Assembly: GCA_900128565.1 (NCBI GenBank) | Contig: LT635915.1 | Span: forward strand, 1 to 64,000 | Reading direction: 5' to 3' | From: Stramenopiles sp. TOSAG23-6 | Lineage: Eukaryota | Length of the DNA stretch: 64,000 nucleotides | Shown: piece after piece, positions 10,729 to 19,473 of the stretch | Position numbering within the stretch: the first letter of the stretch is position 1 | Layout: the number at the start of each line of letters is the position of its first letter | Notes under the pieces: model-generated | Told to the model about the DNA's origin: nothing | Database searches by the model: none | What the model saw: the letters and a program-made list of their open reading frames with translations, nothing else | Translations under genes and position numbers: made by a program

Positions 10729-11748
10729 ATGACCGAAAATAAGGATAATGATACCCGTGTTCCTGTTACTGTACTTACTGGCTTTCTTGGTAGTGGTAAA
10801 ACCACTCTTCTGAACTACATTCTCAAGGAGCAAACTGGATTGAAGATTGCCGTCATTGAGAACGAATTTGGGGAAGTTGGTGTTGATGATGCTCTAGTTC
10901 GAAAGAAATATGACACAGAGGAAGAAATTTTTGAAATGAACAATGGATGTATTTGCTGTACAGTTCGTGGTGATTTAATTCGTATTCTCGGAAAAATTTT
11001 TAGACGTAAGACTAAACTTGACGCTGTGATTATTGAGACTACTGGTCTCGCTGACCCTGCCCCTGTCGCTCAAACATTCTTTATGGACGAAGATTTAAAG
11101 AGTAAAGCACGATTAGATGGTGTATTAACAGTAGTTGATTGTAAGCATATCATTCAACACCTCGACGAAATCAAACCAAAAGGAGTTGAAAACGAGGCAG
11201 TTGAACAAGTTGCTTTTGCTGACCGCCTTCTGGTGAACAAAACTGATCTTGTTGACGCCGCAACTTTAGCCACTGTGAAATCTCGCCTCAAGGCACTTAA
11301 CCCCGCTGCGAAGCAGATTGAATGCCAGTATTCACAAGTTGATCTCAAGGAGCTAATGGGACTCGGAGGTTTTAATTTGAAAAGAGTCCTAGAATTCGAG
11401 CCTGATTTTCTTGAAGAAAGTTCTGGCCATGAGCATGAGCATGATTCTTCAGTTTCTTCTGTTGGTATTACTGAACCGGGTGAGCTTGATATGAATAGAC
11501 TCAATGGTTGGCTTCAAAAGCTACTCAAGGAAGAGGGTCAAAATATTTACAGAATGAAGGGTGTCATGGCAATTCGTGATATGCCACAGAAATTTGTTTT
11601 CCAAGGTGTTCACATGTTATTTGATGGACAGCCAATGGAAGGTTGTGAATGGAAGGAAGGTGAAGTAAAGGCCAATAAACTTATATTTATTGGAAAAAAC
11701 CTTGATCGGGATTCATTAATAAGCTCATTCAAAAAGTGTCTTGTATAA
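10729..11748 (+). CDS. COG0523/CobW-family (ZNG1/CBWD-like) metallochaperone GTPase
   Basis: TGFLGSGKTT, IENEFGE, NGCICCTVRGDL, IETTGLADP, NKTD, short His tract GHEHEHD, CobW_C (YRMKG...FQGVH...LIFIG). ATG at 10729. Confidence 0.95.
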   Translation: MTENKDNDTRVPVTVLTGFLGSGKTTLLNYILKEQTGLKIAVIENEFGEVGVDDALVRKKYDTEEEIFEMNNGCICCTVRGDLIRILGKIFRRKTKLDAVIIETTGLADPAPVAQTFFMDEDLKSKARLDGVLTVVDCKHIIQHLDEIKPKGVENEAVEQVAFADRLLVNKTDLVDAATLATVKSRLKALNPAAKQIECQYSQVDLKELMGLGGFNLKRVLEFEPDFLEESSGHEHEHDSSVSSVGITEPGELDMNRLNGWLQKLLKEEGQNIYRMKGVMAIRDMPQKFVFQGVHMLFDGQPMEGCEWKEGEVKANKLIFIGKNLDRDSLISSFKKCLV

Positions 11749-11886
11749 ATATAAGCTGACAGTTTGTGTATGAACCTTCTGTACATTATTACTCTCTATA
11801 AAACACAGTTCTTAGTCTTTTCATATAGTATTACAAAAATGTCATTCTCCTCTAACATAATATTTACCGATGCTCCAATTGCATCA

Positions 11887-14343
11887 CTATACTTCATTTG
11901 AACTAGTTTGACTCAAATTTGCGTTTACAATTGGAGAGTTAAGAGCTCTACGAAACGATAAGTATCGCAGAGGCTTATTTCTTCTTGATCGAAGAAATAT
12001 TTGAATATCCTCAAAGGGTCTCCGGAACACCAATGTTCTATCTATTGCAATAATAATGTAGCCTTTTTTTACACCTGCCTTTTTTAATGGGCCTTTTCTT
12101 GCTATTGAGACGATGGCACCTTTTTTGTCTACTGTTGGTTTCAATGAAATTCCAGTTGATTCTCCATTATATAACTTTACAACAATGACATCACCAATAC
12201 CAGGCATATTACTGTCAATGGACTTAGTCACTTTTATTTTCTTAACTGTATTAGACCCACTATTGATTGGGTTTCCAAATGTTAATTCTCTTTCTTTGTT
12301 AATTCGATTACTGAGGAGCATTGTAATTTCATTAAATGGCATCTCAGAAATATTATGTTTTCCAATGTAAAGTAACTGCATACCAATTGTTATACCATGA
12401 TTTTGAAGATAGCCATACGATGGCAAAGGTACCTCTTTTTCTTTTACAGGCAAAGGGACCTCTTTATTTTGTATAGATTGTATTCCTAAGTCAGCTTCAA
12501 AGCCAATTTTGATTCTTGCCATTTGAGCTTCAATATCTGCAAATTTTTCTTCAAATGATTCCGTTTCAGTTTTTACTGTTTTTATTGGCTCCACTGTATC
12601 TATTTTCTCTATTGATTTCTCAACTTCTCTTTCTTCAAACTTTGCAATGACGGCTCCAATGCGGTCGTGTCCAAATGTTACTGTGTTCTGCTTACAATTC
12701 TTGATGGCTACTGCATCAAATGGATCTGTTGAAAATGTAGGAACGATTGGAGAAAATATGGCATCTAATTTAATTCCACGAGGGACACAAACAGTGATAG
12801 ACGAATTTTTAGTTTTAGACTTTGTGTCTATATTTGCTCGAAAGTCAATATCAGCTTTGGGTAGATCTTCAATCATTTCAACTTTTGTAAACTCATGTTC
12901 TATTTTCGTTTCTTCCTTTTCTTCTTTATCTTTGTTCTTTTTATTTTCCTCATCAGTTTTCTTCATTTCCCATGGAATTTTAGTAGTTTCTAAGTGACAG
13001 GATTGAATTTTTGGCGTTCTTAATAAACACATTGCACATTTAGATTGCTTAGGAGCTATATTTATAGGGAGAGTTAAGCCACACCTAAAACATTTCCAAA
13101 CAACAGATGAATCACCAGATGGTCTACTGTTAAATTTCAATTTTGCATTACTACTACATAAACTGCACTGATGTTTTTCTGGAGCAAGTTCCATTGGAAC
13201 AGTCATATCACATGTTTGACATTTCCATGGTATACTTGCATGATGATGATATAGATTTTTAGATTTTCTTGAAGTTAAAACTTTACCAGTATCTACATTA
13301 TCTATTTCATCTTCATTATCTAGTTCTAAATCCTTATGTTTCTTCGTGATTTCCTCCACAATTAAATCAATATCTTTATCAAATTGTGTTTTTTTGATAG
13401 AGACTACATGTGGGTTTAGCTCATCTTCATATTTTTTAGCTAAAGACTGCCATGAATTTCCAAAAGTTTGAGTTAGTTCACCAAGTAGTTCAATCTCTGC
13501 TGTGCATGGTTTACAAAAATCACCCATAGTCATAGCAGAAATTTCAGCGATACCACAACGTGGACATCTCCAATCTGGCTCTTCATTATTATTATTTTTT
13601 CTACTACTTTTACTATTTACCAAACATTTCTTTGGTTGTAAAGTCGGTAAAGTCTTTCCTTCAATATTCTCAATATTTCTGGTATTTGTCGTATTTGTGT
13701 CTTGAGTGCTATCTACTGCTTTACTTGTGTCTTTTGTTATCAAATCCTTGCTTATAGAATTAATTTGACACTTGTTCGCAGCCCAATTTACATCGCGAAA
13801 TAAAACCAAAGGTTTAGCAGATAAATTACATGGAAGTTTATCCATTTTGAAGCGTTGATTTATACTTGAGTCTTCTATTTCAAGTGTATGAAGTTCATTC
13901 AACTTTTGTTTATATTCATTTTGACGTATCTCTGATAATTTCGGCATTTCTAAACTGCGACCAAATACAAATTCTGCGTATGTTTCTGGATATAATAAGC
14001 GAGTTTTATTATCATTAGCTTGTGCCTGGTTACCTGAGCTACCTGAGTGTTTATTTTTCTGCTTTGTGGACAAATGTTTTGTTTTAGCTGTTTCATCAGC
14101 CAACTTTAGCTGTCGTTTTGTATTACACATTTCACAGAATGAACGACCACCATGATTCAAAAAGGTACATATTGTACACACCCAATCTATTTTCTTCTGC
14201 TGAACTTTTTTATTCTTTCTTCTACTTTTACCCGTTTTACCCTTCCAAAACTTTCTTGCTTTTTTTGCGTTCCCTCTCAGTTGAGGAAGGAGAGTAGAAT
14301 CTATTGCTGGTTTTCGCTGGAGATTATTATGCTTGAATGACAT
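11887..14343 (-). CDS. Protein with RanBP2-type/C4 zinc fingers and C-terminal PDZ-like domains
   Basis: WVCTICTFLN...CEMC plus three more W-x-C-x2-C...C-x2-C units; C-terminal GITIGMQLLYIG and GISL...GVKKGYIIIAID...LSFRR PDZ-like patterns. First ATG at 14343. Confidence 0.7.
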   Translation of the reverse strand: MSFKHNNLQRKPAIDSTLLPQLRGNAKKARKFWKGKTGKSRRKNKKVQQKKIDWVCTICTFLNHGGRSFCEMCNTKRQLKLADETAKTKHLSTKQKNKHSGSSGNQAQANDNKTRLLYPETYAEFVFGRSLEMPKLSEIRQNEYKQKLNELHTLEIEDSSINQRFKMDKLPCNLSAKPLVLFRDVNWAANKCQINSISKDLITKDTSKAVDSTQDTNTTNTRNIENIEGKTLPTLQPKKCLVNSKSSRKNNNNEEPDWRCPRCGIAEISAMTMGDFCKPCTAEIELLGELTQTFGNSWQSLAKKYEDELNPHVVSIKKTQFDKDIDLIVEEITKKHKDLELDNEDEIDNVDTGKVLTSRKSKNLYHHHASIPWKCQTCDMTVPMELAPEKHQCSLCSSNAKLKFNSRPSGDSSVVWKCFRCGLTLPINIAPKQSKCAMCLLRTPKIQSCHLETTKIPWEMKKTDEENKKNKDKEEKEETKIEHEFTKVEMIEDLPKADIDFRANIDTKSKTKNSSITVCVPRGIKLDAIFSPIVPTFSTDPFDAVAIKNCKQNTVTFGHDRIGAVIAKFEEREVEKSIEKIDTVEPIKTVKTETESFEEKFADIEAQMARIKIGFEADLGIQSIQNKEVPLPVKEKEVPLPSYGYLQNHGITIGMQLLYIGKHNISEMPFNEITMLLSNRINKERELTFGNPINSGSNTVKKIKVTKSIDSNMPGIGDVIVVKLYNGESTGISLKPTVDKKGAIVSIARKGPLKKAGVKKGYIIIAIDRTLVFRRPFEDIQIFLRSRRNKPLRYLSFRRALNSPIVNANLSQTSSNEV

Positions 14344-14614
14344 TGTTTCGTGAAATATTCGAATGAATACTTTCAACTGTCGTTGGGTAGTATCATCAGG
14401 TTCTTTCTACAGGACTTCAACGATATAATAATATCATCCAGAACGTAACTGTAATGATGATTCAATGATTGTTGTTAAAGTGTAGCAAGACAGGTTTGCG
14501 CGCTGAGAGCGAGTGCTAGAAATTGGAAAGAAAATGTCATATTATATAAGAAAATTTTTGAAGATCGATCTCAGATCGCCCATTTAAATAATAGGAAGAA
14601 TAAGTTCCATTAGA

Positions 14615-17600
14615 ATGGGAATTGTTGGAATGATGTTGGTTACACTAAATAGAAATATAAATACAATATCTGTATTGGGCAGAAAATCTAGGGCCGTTAA
14701 GCCAATTGTGCTCTACAGTCGAGCCATCTTGATTAGTTTTCTTTTGCTTAGCGTTTTTGATTTTGTTGCGGGTTCCTCTCAAGAGCAGGTCAATACGCAC
14801 ACAAACAGTGTTGAAAGCACTCCAGTTGATAATCCAAATATAAGGAGTGAGATGTCATGTCCAAAGATTAAAGAAATGCATACAAATCGCGAATACTTGT
14901 ATAAAGGTGTGAGCACAGTCACTGAAACGTATGTAAAGTTTCGTGTAAAAAGTTTAAGTGATGCGCATATTGCGCTAGGTCCGTTTGCCGGCCAACATGA
15001 ACCTCACTACGAAATAGTTTTAGGCGGTTGGAAGAATACGGCTTCTGTGATTCGCTATTGCAATCAAGGAGAAAATATTGCTCATCATAAAGGTAAAGTT
15101 CTATCAAGTACAACGTTTAGCTCATTTTGGATTTCGTGGGATCAAGACGACGACGGGTATTTACGAGTAGGTCAGGGAGATATCGTTGGAAATCAAGAGA
15201 TAATGAAAGCAAAGCTAACCGTGGAAATGCCTAAATGGGCTACAGAACAGTCATCAAATATGTGTTTTGGTCCAGATTGTACAGAAGTGGAGATTGATGA
15301 TCCGTTTGAATTACCAGAAGATTCATTTGACCGTTTTGCTGAATTTGATCCGTTTGATCCATTTGGTGATGAATTTCCTTTCAACTTTGAGAAAGATGAA
15401 GGCAAAGAATCACTAAATCATCAAGGCGATGAGTCATTAAATCAACAAGGCGATATATTGCAAAGTACGCAAAGTAATGCAGGCTCTTTCAATGATGAAA
15501 CTAGTACTTCTTTCGGTTCAGATGCTTTTAGTTCTGAAGAATTATCCGATGTAATGAAGGAAACATTGGAAGAGCATAAATTAGTGATGCATAGACACAT
15601 TATAGACTATATGAGTGTTAGTACAGGTTGGGGTTCTTCTGGTACTTGGGAAATATGTGTTGCCCCAGAAAAAAATAGAAATTGCGTTGGTGGATGCGGC
15701 GCTGGTACAATTAATTTATCTGTCGCGAAGTTTATTGCAAAAACAGATTTGTTACCTCTCCCATTTAGATCTAAAGATGATCCTAAAAGTAAATCTTTCC
15801 TAACATTTTGGGAAGCTTATGAACAATGTGAAAGTATTGGTCTGGTACCAGTAGAACCACCAAGTTCAGAAGTTAATATGGCAACTGTGTATCGGAGAGG
15901 AGGAAATAAACCTATTTGGGTAGGTGGGTATTACACCGCTGATTTAAAAGACGATTCAAAGGTTGTACAAGATGGAGAAATTAATAAAATCATTGTTGAA
16001 GCTTTATTTCCTGCGTATCCTGTATTAAAACCAGTGAATAATAATGACGTAGCATGGAATATATTGAAGAAAATATTTCAAAAGAGGCCTACAAGTACTA
16101 CTATGGATAATTTTCGTACAATCATTTCTACGTTTGTACCACCAAGAGGACATTCAAAGAATGATGTTGAATNTTTTGATATGCTTTTTGATTGCATTAA
16201 AATGGAAAAGGGTAAGGGTTTTGTTCACGCGGATTGTAATACAAGACTACCAGTAGTATGTGAAAGACCAAAACGTGATTTTGTAGAATCACATGATAAT
16301 GATGAAAATGAGCGTGATAAAGATGTTCACGATAAAGATACAAAAGAAGATGATGAATCTTTATGTATGTTACCAGGAAATAAAGCATCTTCTTTTGACC
16401 TTTGTGGAGTTTGTGGTGGAGATAGTTCTTCCTGCTCTCTAGCCGCTACATTTATGACAAAGGTATATCCAGATAGAACATGGGGAGAAGAATGGTTTGT
16501 TGATATGGACTGCACAAAAGCAACTAATGGTCCATTACAAACCGTATGGGCACGTGAATTGGCAGATGCAATGGGTGTAGAAGTAAATAGAATACCCATA
16601 AAAAATATTGTCCTTGTTGGTGGCACTGCTGAAAAACTGTGTAAAACTGCACAGGCAAATAGTAAAAGGCGTAAATTACGCACATATTTTACATTTGTGG
16701 ATAAAGTGAAAAATCAATTATCTCAAATGTATCGTCGACTTGTTGGTGGATCTCAGAGTGAAAGTATACTGGTATCATCAGTAGTATTGCCAAGCTCAGA
16801 CTCTGGAAGTAAAAGTACCGCAGATGTATATTATGAGTTGTATGATGATGGCAGTGCAGCATTCAAGTCCAGTGGAGATGGGTCAGTAGTAGTTGAAAAT
16901 GTTCCCTTTTTTGCCTTTACTGGTGTATGCGGAAATTGTCATTGTGAGGTAGGCGAAACATGGAAAACTTGCTCAAGTGATTGTAAAGAGGGAAATTCAT
17001 CATGCGTTACAGGTAGTAGTTCAGGTAGTAGTAGTGGACGTGACGATAGTTCAAGTGACAAGAAAGGTAAAGGGGATGATAATCTTACAGTGATCATATC
17101 AGCTATTTCTGGTGTTAGTGTTATTTTGATTATTTCTTTTATGTTTCTAGTAAGAAGATGGAAATACGGATCACAAAGCATGAGAGATCTTCCTATTATT
17201 GAAGCAAAGCGATTAGTCTGTTTATCACATATAAGTACAACTAGAAGAGCATCATTAACTCCAAAGGTACAGAAGACGACATTAAAATCTTCAAAGGGTT
17301 GGTCTTCGTCATTGATAAGACTGATCTACACTGCATCTGGATTAGAAAATACTACTAATGAAACATCAGAACAAACTAAAAGTAGTTCGAGTAATTTTGA
17401 AACATCTAGTGTTGGTACTGCTGTCACAGTAGATAATAGTAATCATTGTACTTCACTACCAGTATGCAGTGTATTTATAGGCAGATATGATGACCGCAAA
17501 GTTGCAATTTTTAGATATCTATCGTTAAACCGATTTAATGCAAGATTAGCTAAGCTGCGACACCCTTGTTTATCAAAGATTTTTGGATTCACTTTTCTAG

Positions 17601-18454
17601 ATGGAAAACATAAAAGAATAGAAAAATTGACTCAAAGTGAAAAAACTATTGCGTCTAGTTTCTCATCCCATTCAAAGTCTAAATCAGATCTCGGCGGTAA
17701 AGATAAAGAAATGAATGATTCATCTACCGATAAACAAAAAGCGAATAAAGGATCTGATGTTGATGCAATAAAGGCTTGCGAAGCTAAGCTTACAGTCGTC
17801 ACAGAATATCTTCCAGTAGCATTAACTGATTTTCTTAGTAAAGATAAACCAAAGGAGAATAAAGTTCTTATGCAAGATCAACTATTGGCGATATTACAGC
17901 AGGTATGTGCTGCGGTTGGAGCTGTCCATTCTTTGGGTCTATCCCATGGCCACATTCATCCAGATAATATTCGATTTTCGAATCATTGGAAAACACACCT
18001 AGAAACTCAAAGTAAGACCTCGGTAGATACTACCATTGATATTAATTTAGATAGTAATGTTTGCAATGTAAATGAAAAACAAAAAAATGACAATTTTTTG
18101 ATGCTACACCCTAAATTATGTGACTATTATTTTAACCCATTAAATTCAAATCAAAAGGACGACATTTACAGCATTGGTGTAATTATCTGGTCCTTGTACC
18201 AAAAAAAACATATTCCGGGGGCTTTCAAAGGATGTGGTAACGAGACCGAAGCGTTGGCAGAAGCTGCGAAAATACGAAAAAACATAAGTGAAGAGTCATT
18301 TGAAACTCCAAATTTATTATATACATTGATTGCAGACTGTATTCATTGTGACTCGGAAAAACGACCCGATATATCAGAGATTCAACGCAGATTGCAAGAT
18401 CCTAATATCATGAATAAAGTGGGGGATAAACTAGAAAATTCTACATACCTGTGA
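14615..18454 (+). CDS. Single-pass receptor-like pseudokinase: FAMeT-like + C-type-lectin-like + Cys-rich/SEA-like ectodomain, TM, degenerate kinase domain
   Basis: N-terminal hydrophobic signal; FRVKSLSDAHIAL..YEIVLGGWKNTASVIR..FWISW..STGWGSSGTW; TFWEAYEQC..IWVGG..C..LPVVCE; DLCGVCGGDSSSC; TM at ~17084-17152 followed by RRWK; kinase remnants LRHP, VVTEYL, HGHIHPDN, DIYSIGVIIW, KRP. Confidence 0.8.
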   Translation: MGIVGMMLVTLNRNINTISVLGRKSRAVKPIVLYSRAILISFLLLSVFDFVAGSSQEQVNTHTNSVESTPVDNPNIRSEMSCPKIKEMHTNREYLYKGVSTVTETYVKFRVKSLSDAHIALGPFAGQHEPHYEIVLGGWKNTASVIRYCNQGENIAHHKGKVLSSTTFSSFWISWDQDDDGYLRVGQGDIVGNQEIMKAKLTVEMPKWATEQSSNMCFGPDCTEVEIDDPFELPEDSFDRFAEFDPFDPFGDEFPFNFEKDEGKESLNHQGDESLNQQGDILQSTQSNAGSFNDETSTSFGSDAFSSEELSDVMKETLEEHKLVMHRHIIDYMSVSTGWGSSGTWEICVAPEKNRNCVGGCGAGTINLSVAKFIAKTDLLPLPFRSKDDPKSKSFLTFWEAYEQCESIGLVPVEPPSSEVNMATVYRRGGNKPIWVGGYYTADLKDDSKVVQDGEINKIIVEALFPAYPVLKPVNNNDVAWNILKKIFQKRPTSTTMDNFRTIISTFVPPRGHSKNDVEXFDMLFDCIKMEKGKGFVHADCNTRLPVVCERPKRDFVESHDNDENERDKDVHDKDTKEDDESLCMLPGNKASSFDLCGVCGGDSSSCSLAATFMTKVYPDRTWGEEWFVDMDCTKATNGPLQTVWARELADAMGVEVNRIPIKNIVLVGGTAEKLCKTAQANSKRRKLRTYFTFVDKVKNQLSQMYRRLVGGSQSESILVSSVVLPSSDSGSKSTADVYYELYDDGSAAFKSSGDGSVVVENVPFFAFTGVCGNCHCEVGETWKTCSSDCKEGNSSCVTGSSSGSSSGRDDSSSDKKGKGDDNLTVIISAISGVSVILIISFMFLVRRWKYGSQSMRDLPIIEAKRLVCLSHISTTRRASLTPKVQKTTLKSSKGWSSSLIRLIYTASGLENTTNETSEQTKSSSSNFETSSVGTAVTVDNSNHCTSLPVCSVFIGRYDDRKVAIFRYLSLNRFNARLAKLRHPCLSKIFGFTFLDGKHKRIEKLTQSEKTIASSFSSHSKSKSDLGGKDKEMNDSSTDKQKANKGSDVDAIKACEAKLTVVTEYLPVALTDFLSKDKPKENKVLMQDQLLAILQQVCAAVGAVHSLGLSHGHIHPDNIRFSNHWKTHLETQSKTSVDTTIDINLDSNVCNVNEKQKNDNFLMLHPKLCDYYFNPLNSNQKDDIYSIGVIIWSLYQKKHIPGAFKGCGNETEALAEAAKIRKNISEESFETPNLLYTLIADCIHCDSEKRPDISEIQRRLQDPNIMNKVGDKLENSTYL

Positions 18455-18536
18455 TATGTAGTATGTTATAAAGTTTCAATGTAAAAATAAAAGATGAAAA
18501 TAAAGTTTGTAAATATTATGAATGGATTCAAATTTC

Positions 18537-19036
18537 GGCATACCTTCCTCTGTGAGTATTGGCTAAAGTTTATTCAAAATAAAGTTATATACCCATGGNA
18601 ANAAATNAATNTTTCNTATCATGTAACCATATATCGTAAAGAACAGATAGGGCAGACGAAGTAACATTTGCATGGATCAAAATGACAGATTTATATCATA
18701 GGCATACCCTTTGTAAGAACACTCCATCTACGTCCCTCTGTGAGTGTTGGCTAAACTTTATTCAAAATAAAGTTATGTATCCATGGGAATAAATCAACGT
18801 TTCAGTATCATGTAACCATATATCGTAAAGAACAGATAGGGCAGACGAAGTAACATTTGCATGGATCAAAATGACAGATTTATATCATAGGCATACCCTT
18901 TGTAAGAACACTCCATCTACGTTCCTCTGTGAGTGTTGGCTAAACTTTATTCAAAATAAAGTTATGCATCCATGGGAATGAATCAACGTTTCTGCATCAA
19001 ATAACCTTATATCTTAGAGAAAAGATAGGGCAGACG
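18537..19036. repeat. ~189-bp tandem repeat, about 2.6 copies, with internal hairpin
   Basis: cctctgtgag recurs at 18547, 18735 and 18924. Copies are near-identical in the middle and diverge at the ends. Hairpin aactttatt-caa-aataaagtt at 18754-18774 and 18943-18963. Confidence 0.95.
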
Positions 19037-19473
19037 CAATGTAATTTTACAATATATATGTACTGAGAAATGGTGGAGTATTTGAACTACTTCTCGATAC
19101 CGCATTGTACATGATTGTACAGTCACAATATCAAGTTGTGGGATTCTCTCTCTCTACCCCGAGGAAAACCTTTTAACAAAAAACATCCGGAATAATTAGT
19201 TCATATTTATTCTTTGGCAACAAGAAGGCGAATTGATTACATCCGACAGAGTGATAATATAAATCATATCGATAATAAATTAATAATAGCAATATGGTTC
19301 TTTAATCGATTCGAGATCAGATGGCGATCGAATCGATGGCGTGGCCAGTGCGAGTGGCCACTAAATAATGGTGGTCAGTTTGAAATTGCGTCATTAATAA
19401 TTGATTTGGCCGAGCCAACAAAAAATATTTTCTTATTTAAGTCTGCCCAGCCTTTCAAAGTATTCATTAAGTT

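Noticed and set aside
18537-19036. CRISPR array interpretation of the tandem repeat
   Set aside because: Units are ~189 bp, the intervening sequences are near-identical rather than unique spacers, there are no cas genes and the context is eukaryotic.
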